NCBI GenBank assembly: GCA_026770705.1
Contig: JANJGN010000150.1
Coordinates: 496,001 to 560,000 of the forward strand
Source: Isurus oxyrinchus
Lineage: Eukaryota
DNA: 64,000 nt
Direction: 5' to 3'
This document shows positions 36,790-49,487 of this stretch, one piece after another; the first letter of the stretch is position 1, and each line of letters starts with the position of its first letter. Both the position numbers and the translations under genes were made by a program. Under the pieces are notes generated by a model, which saw only the letters and a program-made list of their open reading frames with translations, did no database searches and had not been told where the DNA came from.

Positions 36790-38200
36790 TCCAGTTTCTG
36801 GTGAGATAGTTGATACATTGGTTTTCATCTTCCAATACTCCCTAGATTGAGGGAAGGTCCCATTAGATTGGAAGATAGGAAATGTAGCTCCATTATTCAA
36901 AAAGAGAGGGAGACAGAAATTGGGCAACTATAGGTTTAACATCTGTCAGAGGGATAATGTTAGAAGCTATTATTAAAGACGTTATAGCAGGGCACTCCAA
37001 TAAGCTCAATGTCATCAGGCATAGTCAACATTGTTTTGTGACAGGGAAATTGCATTTAGCCAACTTATTGGATTTCTTTGAGGAAGTAACATGTGAATAA
37101 AGGGGAACTGGTGGATGTACTGTACCTATACATCCAGGAGGCATTGGATAAAGTGCCACATCACAGGTTATTGTGGATAATAAAAGCTCATTATGTAGAG
37201 GCTAACATTTCGGCATGGTTAGAAGATTGGCTAGCTAGCAGGAAGCAGTGAGTAGGCATAAATGGGTCTTTTTCAGGTTGGCAGAATGTGAGGATTGATG
37301 TGCCACAGGGGTCAGTGCTGGGACCACAACAGTTATCAATTTCTGTAAATCATTTTGATGAAGGGATTGTTGGGATGGTAACTAAATTTGCTGATGAGAC
37401 AGGGATATGAAATGGTCCATTTTGACAGGAGAAATGAAAGAGAAGCATGTTATCTAAGTGGTGAGAGATTGCATAGTTCTGAGGTGCAGAGGGATCTGGG
37501 TGTTCCAGTGCATGAATCATAAAAGGCCAATATCCAGGTTCAGCAAATAACTAGGAAAGCTAATAAAACGTTATCATTGATTGTGAGGGGGAATTGAATA
37601 CAAAAGTAGGGAGGCTACACTTCAGTTGTACAGGGAACTGCTGAGACCACATTAGGAGTACTGTGTACAGTATTGGTCTCCTTATTTAAGGAAGGATGTA
37701 AATGCGTCGGAAGCAGTTCAGAGAAGGTTGACCAGACCAATACCTGGAATGGGTGGGTTTGTCTGATGAGGAAAGGCTGGACAGACTAGGATTGGATCAG
37801 CTGGAGTTGAGAAGAGTAAGAGGCGACTTGATTGAAACATGTAAGATCCTGAGGGGTCTTGACAGGGTGGGTGTGGAGAGGGAGTTTCCTCTTATGGAAG
37901 AATCTAGAACTCGGGGTGACTGATTAAAAGTAACGGGACGTACATTTAAGAGAGAGATGAGATGAAATTTTTTTCTCTCCGGGTTTGTAAGTCTTTGGAA
38001 CTCTCTTCCTGAAATGATGGTAGAAACAGGGTCTTTAGATATTTTTAAAGCAGAGCAGCACAGATCCTTGGTCAGCAAGGGGGTGAGAGGTGATCGGGGG
38101 TGGATGGGATGCAGATTTCAGGTTAATATCAGATCAGCCAAGATCTTATTAAATGATGGACCAGCCTCAAGGGGCTGAATGGCCTACTCCTGCTCCTTGT
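36790..38200 (+). mobile_element. CR1 LINE RT-to-3'-end fragment inserted just after a C2 donor
   Basis: KVPLDWKIGNVAPLFK, PQGSVLGP and KFADET motifs plus the CR1 3' tail. Confidence 0.85.
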
Positions 38201-38299
38201 TTACCTATTCTACATCAGCTGTGATAGTCCTGACTTTGCACAGCAAGATCCCACAAACTGCTCTCTGTTTAGCAACAGATCACCTATCTGATAAAAATT

Positions 38300-39535
38300 C
38301 ACCTCTGACAGTGCAGCACTCTCTCAGAACTGACACTCCAACAGTTCAGCACCACCTCTCCACTGACCCTCTGACAATGTAGCGCTCCCTCAGTACTGAC
38401 ACTCCAAAAGTTCAGCACCATCTCTCTACTGACCCTCTGACAATGCATCACTCCCTCAGTACTGACCACCTGACAGTGCAGTGCTCCCGCAGCACTGACC
38501 CACCGACAATGCTGCAATCCCTAGGTACTGACCCTCCGACAGTGCAGCACTCCCTCAGTACTGAGAGTCAGTACTGCGGGAGTGCTGCACTGTCGGACGG
38601 TCAGTACTGAGGGAGTGCTGCACTGTCAGAGGGCAGTACTGAGAGAGTGCCACACTGTCAGAGTGTCAGTACTGAGGGAGTGCTGCACTGTCAGAGGGTC
38701 AGTACTGAGGGAGTGCTGCACTTCGGAGAGTGAATACTGAGGGAGTGCTGCACTGTCAGAGGGTCATTACTGAGGGATTGCTGCAATGTCAGAGGGTCAT
38801 TACTGAGGGAGTGCTGCACTGTCGGAGGGTCAGTATTGAGGGAGTGCTGCACTGTCAGAGGGTGAATACTGAGGGAGTGCTGCACTGTCGGAGGGTGAAT
38901 ACTGAGGGAGTGCTGCACTGTCATCGGGTCAGTACTGAGGGAGTGCTGAACTTTCAGAGGGTCAGTACTGAGGGGGTGCTGCACTGTTGGAGGGTGAGTA
39001 CTGAGGTGGTGCTGCACCATTGGGGGTTCAGTACTGACGGAGTGCTGCACTGTCACCGGGTCAGTACTGAGGGAGTGCTGCACTGTCAGAGGGTCAGTAC
39101 TGAGGGCTGCTGCACTGTCAGAGGGTCAGTACTGAGGGAGTGCTACACTGTCAGAGGGTGAGTACTGAGGGAGTGCTGCACTGTCAGAGGGTCAGTACTG
39201 ATGGAGTGCTGCACTGTCAGAGGGTCAGTACTGATGGAGTGCTGTACTGTCGGAGGGTCAGTACTGAGGGAGTGCTGCACTGTCAGAGGGTCAGTACTGA
39301 TGGAGTGCTGCACTGTCAGAGGGTCAGTACTGATGGAGTGCTGTACTGTCGGAGGGTCAGTACTGAGGGAGTGCTGCACTGTCAGAGGGTCAGTACTGAT
39401 GGAGTGCTGTACTGTCGGAGGGTCAGTACTGAGGGAGTGCTGCACCGTCGGAGGGTGAGTACTGAGGGGGTGCTGCACCTTTGGGGGGTCAGTATTGAGG
39501 GAGTGCTGCACCGTTGGGGGGTCATTGCCGAGTGA
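38300..39535. repeat. 33-bp satellite array with an orientation switch at 38566
   Basis: Plus-orientation units at 38300-38564, minus-orientation units at 38568-39535. Confidence 0.93.
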
Positions 39536-39714
39536 GTGCTGCTCTGTCGGAGAATCATCACTTGTATCAAAACGTTTTTAACTTTACTGTTGTTCCCACT
39601 TCAGCTGCAACTGCTCCACATCCCCATGTGTTAACTGGAGCATGTCAGCCTGGAGTTACGTGGAATTGCAGAGCAGAATCTGCTCTCACACATTGAAGCT
39701 GGCAATCGCTAAGT

Positions 39715-41070
39715 GTCCCTCAGTGATGATGTTTTCTGATGGAATGAAACTTGGCAAAGCAGTGGGTAGTGATAAGGAGAGATTGGGCATGAGAGGGGCA
39801 GGATCAGTGTGAGGTGGGCAGACACATGGCTGATGCAGTTCAGCGCAGTGTCGTGTGAAGTGACGCACTTTGTCAGGATGAATACAGACAGATATTGGAC
39901 AGTAATGATTTGGACAGGTGTAGGTGAGCAGAGACCTGGGCGTCTCTCTGCACTCATTCTGAAAGATTAAAGGACAACTTGTTGAGGTGATGAAGAAAGA
40001 AAATGTCTTCCTTGTGTTAACAGACTGAGGAACTGAGTTAAAAGCAAAGAGATCATGCGGGAACTTTATAAATCACTGGTTAGAACTCAGCTGGAATGTT
40101 GTTCAGAACGCTGGGCCTCCACACTTCAGGAAAGATGTAAGAGCTTCAGACAGGGTGTCCAAGAGGACAAAACTGTAAAAACTGGGACATAAGAGTCCTG
40201 CTCCAAACTGGTCTTGTATAGCTTAACGTATAACACCAGTAAAACTGGGAAATAAGAGTACTGCTCCAAACTGGTCTTGTATAGCTTAACATATAACACC
40301 AGTAAAACTGGGAAATAAGAGTCCTGGTCCAAACTGGTCTTGTATAGCTTAATATAGAACACCAGTAAAACTGGGAAATAAGAGTCCTGGTCCAAACTGG
40401 TCTTGCATAGCTTAATATATAACACCAGTAAAACTGGGAAATAAGAGTCCTGGTCCAAACTGGTCTTGTATAGCTTAATATAGAACACCAGTAAAACTGG
40501 GAAATAAGATTACTGGTCCAAACTGGTCTTGTATAGAATAATATAGAACACCAGTAAAACTGCGAGATAAGAGTACTGATCTGAACTGATTTTTTGCTTC
40601 TGGGTGGAGAAGAGATTGAGCAGAAGGGGTCCAGGGATGAAGGATTTTAGCTACAAGGTTGGGTTGGAGAAGCTGGGGTTGTTCTCCTTGGAACAAAGGA
40701 GATTGAGGGGGGATCTGATCGAGGTGTACAAGATGATGATGGGTTTAGATACGGTAGACAAAGAGAAGCTATTGCCATTAGCTGATGGTACAAGGACTGG
40801 GGGACACAGATTGAAGGTTTTGTGCAGAGGGAGTGATGTGAGGAGGAACTTTTTTATAGAGTGAGTGGTAATGAGCTGGAACTCGCTGCCTACGAGGATG
40901 GTGGAAGTGTAGACGATGAACGATTTCAAAAGGAAATTGGACGGACACTTGGAAATAAACTTGCAGGGATACGAGGACAGAGCGGGGGGAATGGGACTGA
41001 GTGGATTGCTCTACAGAGAAACAGCATGAACTGAATGGGCCAATGGCCTCCTTCTGTGTTCTGAGTGTCT
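39715..41070 (+). mobile_element. CR1 LINE fragment interrupted by a 63-bp minisatellite
   Basis: WADTWLMQF and LEKLGLFSLEQRRLRGDLIEVYK motifs. Confidence 0.8.
40170..40585 (+). repeat. 63-bp minisatellite, about 6.5 copies; related ~1.5 copies on the opposite strand at 63335-63435
   Basis: Period ccagtaaaactgggaaataagagtcctggtccaaactggtcttgtatagcttaatatagaaca. Confidence 0.92.
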
Positions 41071-41149
41071 GTGACCCTATTGAAAAATCAGAGGACAAAT
41101 CCAAATTGTTTTCTGCTTGTCAGTTAACATCTGGAACTTTCTATTCCAG

Positions 41150-41437
41150 ATGCTCCAGATAAGCCAGTTATTGTGCTCCTGAAGGATTTACAGGAGGGGA
41201 CTCCTGCACATATCATCTGTAAATGCCTCTACACCTGCCCTGATAACCACCCCAATCTAACCTGGAGTGAATTGCTGACTTCCTCGGTCAGCACCATCAC
41301 AGAGAACAGTGGTGATGTTTCCGCTCTACTGACCTTTAACCCTTCGTTCAAGCATCATGGACGAACTCTCTACTGTACGTGTGACTACTCTCAAACCAGC
41401 CATCGAGTGGTCAACTCAGTTACTCTGAGTGTAAAGT
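41150..41437 (+). CDS. Unit B C2-set exon 2 (second domain-2-type Ig, five Cys)
   Basis: tttctattccag acceptor, AAGT|gtaagt donor, 288 nt; DAPDKP...IICKCLYTCPDNHPNLTW...LLTFNPSFKHHGRTLYCTC. Confidence 0.88.
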
Positions 41438-41945
41438 GTAAGTATTGGTTAGAACATCCTGCTTGTGATGGAGGGGGAGTCAGTCTCCTACTAAATCAGG
41501 CATTGGAGAAGGTGCAAGTGGGATTGACAAGGATGATTCCAGAACTGAGAGGTTATAACTATCAGGAAAGACTGAACAAGCTGGGCTTCTTTTCTCTAGA
41601 AAAGAGAAGGCTGAGGGGGTGACCTGATCGAGGTCCTTAAAATGGTGAAAGGGTTTCGATAGGGTAGATGTGGAGAAGATGTCTCCACTTGTCGGAGTGA
41701 CGAAGAGTTAGGGGCCATCAATATAAGATCATCACTAATAAAATGGTGCACACTGCAAACAATGTGCGTTCATGGTGGAGGGAGTGAATGTTGAAGATGG
41801 TGGGTGGGATGCCAATCAATCGGGCTGCGTTGTCCTGGATGGTGTCGAGCTTCTTGAGTGTTGTTGGAGCCGCACTCATCCCGGCAACTGGAGAGAATTC
41901 CATCACACTCAGTGTTTAATGTGTTGATAATTTTGTATTTGAAAG

Positions 41946-42203
41946 ATTCTCCTCACAACACGTCTGTCAGGCTGACACTGGAAAAAGGAAAGGTGATTTC
42001 TCTAAGTTGTTCCAGTGACGAGAATCCTGCGGTCCACAATTTCACCTGGTTTAAGATATCCCAAGGAAAGGTGACGAATCTGGCGCTCGCTGGTCAAACT
42101 ATTACAGTTCCTTCTGGATTCGATGAGGAAATCTCCTACTACTGTGAAGCAACAAGTATCCTGGGCAGTTCCCAGTCTCTGCCCATTAGAATTCCCACTG
42201 AAT
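41946..42203 (+). CDS. Unit B C2-set exon 3 (CD22/sialoadhesin-like repeat)
   Basis: 258 nt, phase 1-1, donor GAAT|gtgagt; YSPHNTSV...LSCSSDENPAVHNFTWFK...YYCEATSILG. Confidence 0.87.
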
Positions 42204-42708
42204 GTGAGTAATTTCAATCCTGACTTTTAAACAATTCCACATCTTGTCCAAACTCCGAGGTGAACCAAATCTCCCCTTGGGTGTTGCTGAAAACATGCTG
42301 TCGAAGGTTTCAGTCTCGTCAGGACAGAGTCACGAGAAAACCCAATCTCAAAGGGAACAGCCATTTCTGATGCGGGGGAAGAGGGCGTGCTGATTGGCTG
42401 GCAAGACGACATTTCTCCACAGTTTGTTCACAATTCTCAGTGATGGTCACCATGAAACTACCAGATTGTTGTAAAAACCCTTCAGTACTGTCCCTCCAAC
42501 AGTGCAGATCTCCCTCGCTACTGACTCTCTGATAGTGTAGCACCCTCTCAGTACTGACCTTCTGACATTGCAGGACTCCCTCAGGACTGAACTGAAGTGT
42601 CTGCCTGAATTAAGTTCTTTGTGGTGAAGGAACCTACATTGATATCACACCTTTCACATTCTCAGGGTCTCTCAAAGTGTTTCACAGTCAATGTAAGTAA
42701 CTGATCAG

Positions 42709-42990
42709 ACACACCACAGAATCTCTCAATTAATTCTCTTGATATAATTAACGCTTCATCGATCAATATAATTGAGGGGAATTCTGCAGTGATAATCTGC
42801 TCTGTCGAGAGCTTCCCAGCTTCTAACCTGACGTGGCGACATCTTAATGTCCCAATGAACAGAACAAGTTCCAACAATGAGCTGTGGTTGGTGATTCCTC
42901 ACGTTACATCCAGGGACACGGGACACTATCAGTGTGCGGCAGAGAAGGAACATGGAGCAGTGGAGGGATTTATAACCATCTCTGTGGAAC
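42709..42990 (+). CDS. Unit B C2-set exon 4 (membrane-proximal)
   Basis: 282 nt open frame YTPQNLSI...IICSVESFPASNLTW...DTGHYQCAAE; donor GAAC|gtgagt. The acceptor (aagtaactgatcag) is weak. Confidence 0.8.
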
Positions 42991-43019
42991 GTGAGTTACA
43001 CAGAATTGAACGTTCTTGT

Positions 43020-44065
43020 GTTATTAGCTCATGGGATGTGGGCATTGTTGACAAGACCAGAAATTATTGCCCATCTGTAACTGCCCCTTGAGAAGGTGGT
43101 GGTGAGCTGCCTTCTTTAACCACTGCAGTCCATGTGGTGTAGGCACACCCACAGTGCTGTTTGGGAGGGAGTTCCAGGATTATGTCCCAGTGATGGTGAA
43201 GGAACGGCCGATATAGTTCCAAGTCACAGGGCAGACCACCACCTCAAGTTCACCTCCAAATCACACACCTCACTGACTTGGAACTGTCTTGGTGGAAGAG
43301 GTTAAGAGTTTGGAAGGTGCTGTCGAAGGAGCCTTGGTGAGTTGCTGCAGTGCATCTTGTAGATGGTGCACACTGCTGCCATTGTGTGCCAGTGGTGGAG
43401 GATATGAATGTTTATGCTGGTGGATGGGCTGTCGATCAAACAAGCTGCTCCTGGATGGTGTTGAGGTTCTTGAGTGTTGTTGGAGCTGCACTCATCCAGC
43501 CAAGTGGAGATTATTCCATCACACTCCTGACTTGTGCCTTGTCGATGGTGGACAGGCTTTGGGTGGTCAGGAGTTGAATTACTCACCACAGAGTTCCCAG
43601 CCTCTGACCCGCTCTTGTAGCCACATTATTTCCTGTTGCTGGGTTGTTGCCAGGGCCAATAGCCTTTGCTGTATCCAGTATCATCAGCTGATTCCTGATG
43701 TCACGTGGAGTCAATCGAATTGTCTGAAAGCTGACATCTGTGATGCTGGGACCCTCTGGAGGAGGCCGAGATGGAGCATCCACTCAGCACTTCTGGCTGA
43801 ACATGGTTGCCAATGCTTCAGCCTTGTCGTTTGCACTGATGTGCTGAGCTCCCCCATCATTAAGGATGGGGATATTTGTGGAGCATCCTCCTCCTGTTAG
43901 ATCTTTAATTGTCCATCACCATTCATGACTGGATGTGGCAGGACTGCAGAGCTTAGATCTGACCCGTTGGTTGTGGGATCGCTTTGCTCTGTCTATAGCA
44001 TGTTGTTTCCGCTGTTTGGCGTGTATGTAGTCCTGTGTGTCACCTCAGCAGCTTGGCACCTCTGT
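43020..44065 (-). mobile_element. CR1/Crack-like LINE fragments
   Basis: Same family as 22845-23580; LDTAKAIGPGNNP motif. Confidence 0.75.
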
Positions 44066-44254
44066 TATATGTGAATCCTCCTTATAGAAACCTGCATGTA
44101 CATGGATATTATCAATAAATATTACATAGATAAATGTTATTTGTATAAATCTTTCATGCATAGACAATATCACTTCACAAGTTCAGAATTACTACATGTA
44201 CATAGGGAACCATTCTCAAACTGTACCGGAGTCATTCATTGGCTGATTTTACAG

Positions 44255-44352
44255 GGCGAGATTCCAATGAATGGAAAGCAGGATTGCTTGGAGCTGGAAT
44301 CTGTTTGAGTGTTGGACTGAGTGGATTCTTCATTTTCAAGTGTGGTGAGAAA
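44255..44352 (+). CDS. Unit B transmembrane exon (homologous to unit A TM, +1 nt near the 3' end)
   Basis: attttacag acceptor, gtaagt donor; RDSNEWKAGLLGAGICLSVGLSGFFIFKCGEK; 98 nt versus 97 nt in unit A. Confidence 0.8.
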
Positions 44353-45742
44353 GTAAGTGTGAAGGTTTAATTGGTTGTTTTCGAAAATGTTTTCTTCAAA
44401 CTTCTCTCCTTATAGAAAGAACTTTCATTTCTATAGCACCTTTTACAACCCAAAACGCTTCACAGCCCCTGAAGAATTTTGATGTTCACCTACTGTTTAA
44501 CATCTCATCCAACACTCAATGTTTCACAACTCAGACCTGTAACAGGCAGTGTTGACCCGGACCATAAGATACCTTGTGACCTACTGAGGATGTGAAAGGT
44601 GCTATATAAATGAAAACCTTTCTTTTGTTAGTGAATGCAATCTCTTTCCTTTTTCCATGTTTCATTCACTCTCTCTTATCTCCACTAATGTTGGCCTTCT
44701 CATTCTCTCTCTCATTCACTCTCTCTCCAATCTCCACTAATGCTCTCCTTCTCATTCTCTCTCTCATTCACTCTCTCTCTCCAGTCTCCACTAATGCTTT
44801 CCTTCTCATTCTCTCTCTCATTCACTCTCTCTCTTATCTTCAGTCATGCCCTCCTTCTCATTCTCGCTCTCATTCACTCTCTCTCCTATCTCCACTAATG
44901 CTCTCCTTCTCATTCTCTCTCTCGTCCTCTTACACAATGTTCAGTATCTCACATTTTTAAGGAGCGCTGAGCAACATCTGCTCCTTCAGAAGATCCACCT
45001 CAACACCTGGAGTGAGCAGTGAATTGAAACTCGCTCACCAACTGCTCAGCTTTACACAGGAATCACGTCACAGAGTCAGGACACAAAGGGTTAACAGTTT
45101 GTTTACAACACAACACTAAGGCCCTACGTTTCAGTGAAAGGGTTTTCACAATTGTTCCCCAATTCCTGATTTTACTCACAGAGACACATCAACCCTTTCT
45201 AATTAAACACACAGAGGGAGCAGCACAGGAAGAGGTCATTCAGCCCAAGCAGAGCGTGTGGGCAGTTCCTCCCCAGGCGAGCAGTCGGACAGGTCCTGGG
45301 TAAGTAACGGAACGATTGGAATTCACTTCCACGACCAACACCATCCTTTGTTGATGTTGTGACTTTATAAAGACAGATTCCAATAACTGATGCCTTTGAA
45401 AGATTTCTACTGATTATTGAGATCTGGGTGTGAGACTCAAGTCTGTTGTACAGAACATTTTTCTAGCTCAAGGGATGAGGGAAGAGCAGGGACATGAGCT
45501 TTGGGGTGTCCTGAGCAGGTGAAAGGCGATATAGAAATGCAAGTCCTTCATTGTTTTACTTTCTTAAAGCCTTGTAACTCTCTGCAGAGCACATATCATC
45601 CCACAGAGAATGAAATTAGTCTGTGAAGACATTGTCTAAAAGCAGTTCTGATCTCTCGAGAGCTGTCAGACAAGAGGTGAGGTCTCATTAACTCCTTTCT
45701 CTTTCACAGCTTGAGAACCAATGAAATACCTGGGAGTGGACA

Positions 45743-45782
45743 ATGATCAGGAAATCTTACTTCCTCCTGTCACTTCTCCAAG
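45743..45782 (+). CDS. Unit C signal-peptide exon, distal copy (MIRKSYFLLSLLQ)
   Basis: Exon begins 45710; donor CAAG|gtgat. Confidence 0.7.
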
Positions 45783-47866
45783 GTGATATCATTGTCAGCT
45801 CGGACAGATTTATGGCTAATAGTCTTTGTAAAAGATCATTCTTATTGAGCTCTGATTGGGAACAGATTCAGCAGTGAGCCAGTGTACAAACTCACACCAA
45901 GTCCCATTCACCCATCACCCCTGTGCTCACTGATATACACTGACTCCCTGTCTGACAGCAGAATTGGAGGATAGCAGAGGACTTTGAGGTTTGCATGGTT
46001 GGAGGAGAAAGTGATTGGAGAAGAGGAATGGAGGGAATGGAAATTGAGGATGAGAATCTTAAACTCGAGGCTCTGCTGGACTGGGAGCCAGTGCAGGTCA
46101 GCGAGTGGCGGAAGGCGTGAGGTGTTGAATTGAGAAACAGTGATAAATACTGGGGGATGAAGTCTATCCTGATGCTTGGACTCCGATAGCAAAGGAATGA
46201 AATTTGTGTCTTTTGCTGATTTTAATCAGAATTTCCCATGAAGACAACACAGCAGCTCCTAGAATAGACAGGCTGTTCAGTGTCACACTTCCTGTCCATT
46301 CTCACCTTGCTAGAAACTTCAATAAGGGAGCAAGATAACTGAAAGAGAGAAGGAAGGTAAAGCTGTCCGTGTGTAAAGGTGTCAATATTCAGTTTGTATA
46401 TTTGTCTTTCTCTCGACACATGCAGAGCTCAGGCTAGAGGCGCTTTGTTAGTGTGTTTCACAGTGTCTGCTGGAGTAGGGTCAGTGCTGAGCTTGGGGAC
46501 AAGTCAGTCTACAATGCTGCATCGGAATCAACAATACAACAATATGGGGTTTGGATCAGAAATAATCCCTCAGACAATGAGGATCCAAAGAGATTCCTTA
46601 GACAATGAGGATCCAAAAAGATTCCTTAGACATGAGGATCCAAAGAGATTCCTTAGACAATGAGGATCCAAAGAGATTCCTTAGACAATGAACATACAAA
46701 GTGCACCAATCAGATTGAATCAGATTAGCCAATCAGCTGTGTTGAAGAGCAGACAGGAATGTTAGGCTAATTAGTGATTCATGACGGTGACAATGGGGGG
46801 AGTTCTGAGGGCTCCTAATCCATTGTCCTGTCTTGTAAATCAGCACCTTAATACTGACCCTCCAACAGTGCAGCACTCCCTCAGTACTGATCCTCCAACA
46901 TTGCAGCACTCCCTGATTAATGTCCCTCTGACAGTGCAGCACTCGTCAGTACTGACCCTCAAACAGTGGAGATCTCCCTCAGTACTGACCTTACAATAGT
47001 GCAACACTCGCTCAGTAATGACCATCCGACAGTGCAGCACTTGCTCAGTACTGACACTGGGGAGTTTCAGTCTACTCTGTGGGGCAGACGTCCCCTGAAT
47101 CGGGTCTTGAATCCCACAACATTCTGACCCCCTGAATTTGGCTGTGAAACCCACTGACCCACAGGAGAAACTCCTGGTCAATGACTGTCCACCTGTGAGC
47201 AGAAATATCACCACAGGGTCAGGACACAAAGTTCACCAACATCTCAAAACATGAGCTGCTCTGTCACTTTGATCCAACTTCCTCATTTTGTCTCACAGAG
47301 ACACATCAACCCTTTCTCACTAAATACACAGAGGGGGCAGCACAGGAAGAGGTCATTCAGCCCAAGCAGAGCGTGTGGGCAGTTCCTCCCCAGGCGAGCA
47401 GTCGGACAGGTCCTGGGTAAGTAACGGAACGATTGGAATTCACTTCCACGACCAACACCGTCCTTTGTTGATGTTGTGACTTTATAAAGACAGATTCCAA
47501 TGATTGATGCCTTTGAAAGGTTTCTACTGATTATTGAGATCTGGGTGTGAGGCTCAAATCTGTTGTACAGAACATCTTTCTAGCTCAAGGGATGAGGGAA
47601 GTGCAGAGACATGAGCTTTGGGACATCCTGAGGTGGTGAAAGGTGCGATAGAAATGCAAATCCTTCATTGATTTTCTTTCTTAAAGCCTTGTAACTCTCT
47701 GCAGAGCACCTATCATCCCACAGAGAATCAAACTATTCTGTGAAGACATTGTCTAAAAGCAGTTCTGATCTCTCGAGAGCTGTCGGACAAGAGGTGAGGT
47801 CTCATTAACTCCTTTCTCTTTCACAGCTTGAGAGTGAGAAGTGGATGGAATATCTGGGAGTGGACG

Positions 47867-47906
47867 ATGATCGGGAAATCTTACTTCCTCCTGTCACTTC
47901 TCCAAG
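47867..47906 (+). CDS. Unit C signal-peptide exon, proximal copy (MIGKSYFLLSLLQ)
   Basis: Exon begins 47827; donor CAAG|gtaat. Confidence 0.75.
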
Positions 47907-48597
47907 GTAATATCATCGTCAGTATGGACAGATTTATGTTTAACAGTTTTTGTAAAAGATCATTCTTATCTCTTTATCTCTGTAACGTCCTGCAACTCAA
48001 CCAAACAACTTCCCAGATCTCTGTGTTACTCCAATTCCGGCCTCTTGACCATCCCCCGATTCCCATCACTCCAATAGTGGCGGCCGTGCCTTCAGCTGCC
48101 TGGGGCCTGAGCTCTGGAATTCACTCCCTAAACCTCGGCGATGGAGGAGATCAGAGGGTTTCATTTTACTGAGAATCACCACGACCACATCACAGCTGCA
48201 GTCAGAATAGACAGAGAGTCCAGCCCTCACACTTCCTGCACAGTTTCACCATAGCAACCACAATAAGGAAGTAAAATAACTGAAAGTTAAACCGAAGCCA
48301 AACCAGTCGGTGTAGAGAGATGAGATGTTTACACAGTTTCCCTGTGTATCTTGTAGACACTGTGTTGGGTGGAAGACTGGCTTCAGTAAACAGAGTCCTG
48401 AGGACCATGAGCCAATGTAGAATGAACTTGTCCACTCCTGTGTCCAGGATTCTCTTCCATCCATTGTGAAACCTTGGGGTGTTCCTTGTGTGTCCTGTAG
48501 TTAGTCCACACTGCAGCCACTGTGCCCCAGTGATGGAGGGAGTGGATATCAAGTCTAGTGGATTGACAAACCATCCAGAGTTAAATATTGACATTTA

Positions 48598-48628
48598 TAT
48601 TACCCTGTAACCCGGCTTCACGTTTCTG
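48598..48628 (+). pseudogene. Remnant of unit C V-set exon (acceptor and about 340 nt deleted)
   Basis: The upstream intron (…ttaaatattgacattt) is fused directly to tattaccctgtaacccggcttcacgtttctg|gtaagt. Confidence 0.9.
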
Positions 48629-49487
48629 GTAAGTGCTGTGTTATAATTACTCAACAATTCACATTCAACACTCAATGGGAAATAACACTAACTGTGACGT
48701 TTACATATTAACACAAAACACAGCTTATTATAACACACTGTCTGATTCTCAATAACCTGGTGATAGCTTCCAGTTCAGTCCTAAAGCAACCTCTAATACT
48801 CACTTTAATATCAATGATGAAAAGCATTAACTGTATTATCAGGTTATCCATTCCCATCAATCTCTCCTGTCCTGTTTAAAAGTCTGACGTATCGATAAAA
48901 GAAAGATGTGCATTTCTGCAGCGCAATTTACCACCTCAGGAGGATCCAAATCCCTTCACAGCCAATGAAATTATTCCTGAATTGTAGTCACAGATGTAAA
49001 ACACAGCAGGCAGTTTGTGCACAGCAAGATCCAACAAACCACAAGGTGATAAATCACCCAGATCACTGAGGAAATTAGAAGCCAGTGAACTCAAACCTCT
49101 GGTCTGATGAAGAGTCATACGGACTCGAAATGTTAACCCTGTCTTCCTCTCCACTGATACTGTCAGACCTGCTGAGTCTTTCCAGCAATTTTTGTTTTTG
49201 TTTCAGATTTCCAGCATCCGCAGTATTCTGCTTTTAACTCCAATCTCTGGTCTGAGCCTCTTCTCTCATCCAGTGTTCTCAATTCACATGTCTCGGAGTG
49301 AACGTGTATTAAGCTGAGAGACAGAAACACTACTGCCAAAGAGCAAGAAAATCTTTCCTGATCATTGTAACCTCTCAGTTCTGATATCATCCTTGTAAAA
49401 GTGCTTTCTCTTGTGGGACTGTGGTTTCTATTTGAACTGATGCTTCATGTTATATTTCTCTAAAAGGATCCATTCTCTGTCTGTTAG

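Noticed and set aside
40126-40488. 120-aa ORF with 21-aa repeats
   Set aside because: Translation of the 63-bp minisatellite inside a CR1 element.
35711-44352. Assigning the symbol MAG, CD22 or CD33
   Set aside because: Five Ig domains resemble MAG, but the sequences are divergent and multi-copy; orthology cannot be established by eye.
44962-45025. Possible small tail exon for unit B after tttttaag
   Set aside because: It stops after two codons in the phase B's donor provides and has no similarity to A's tail or any motif.
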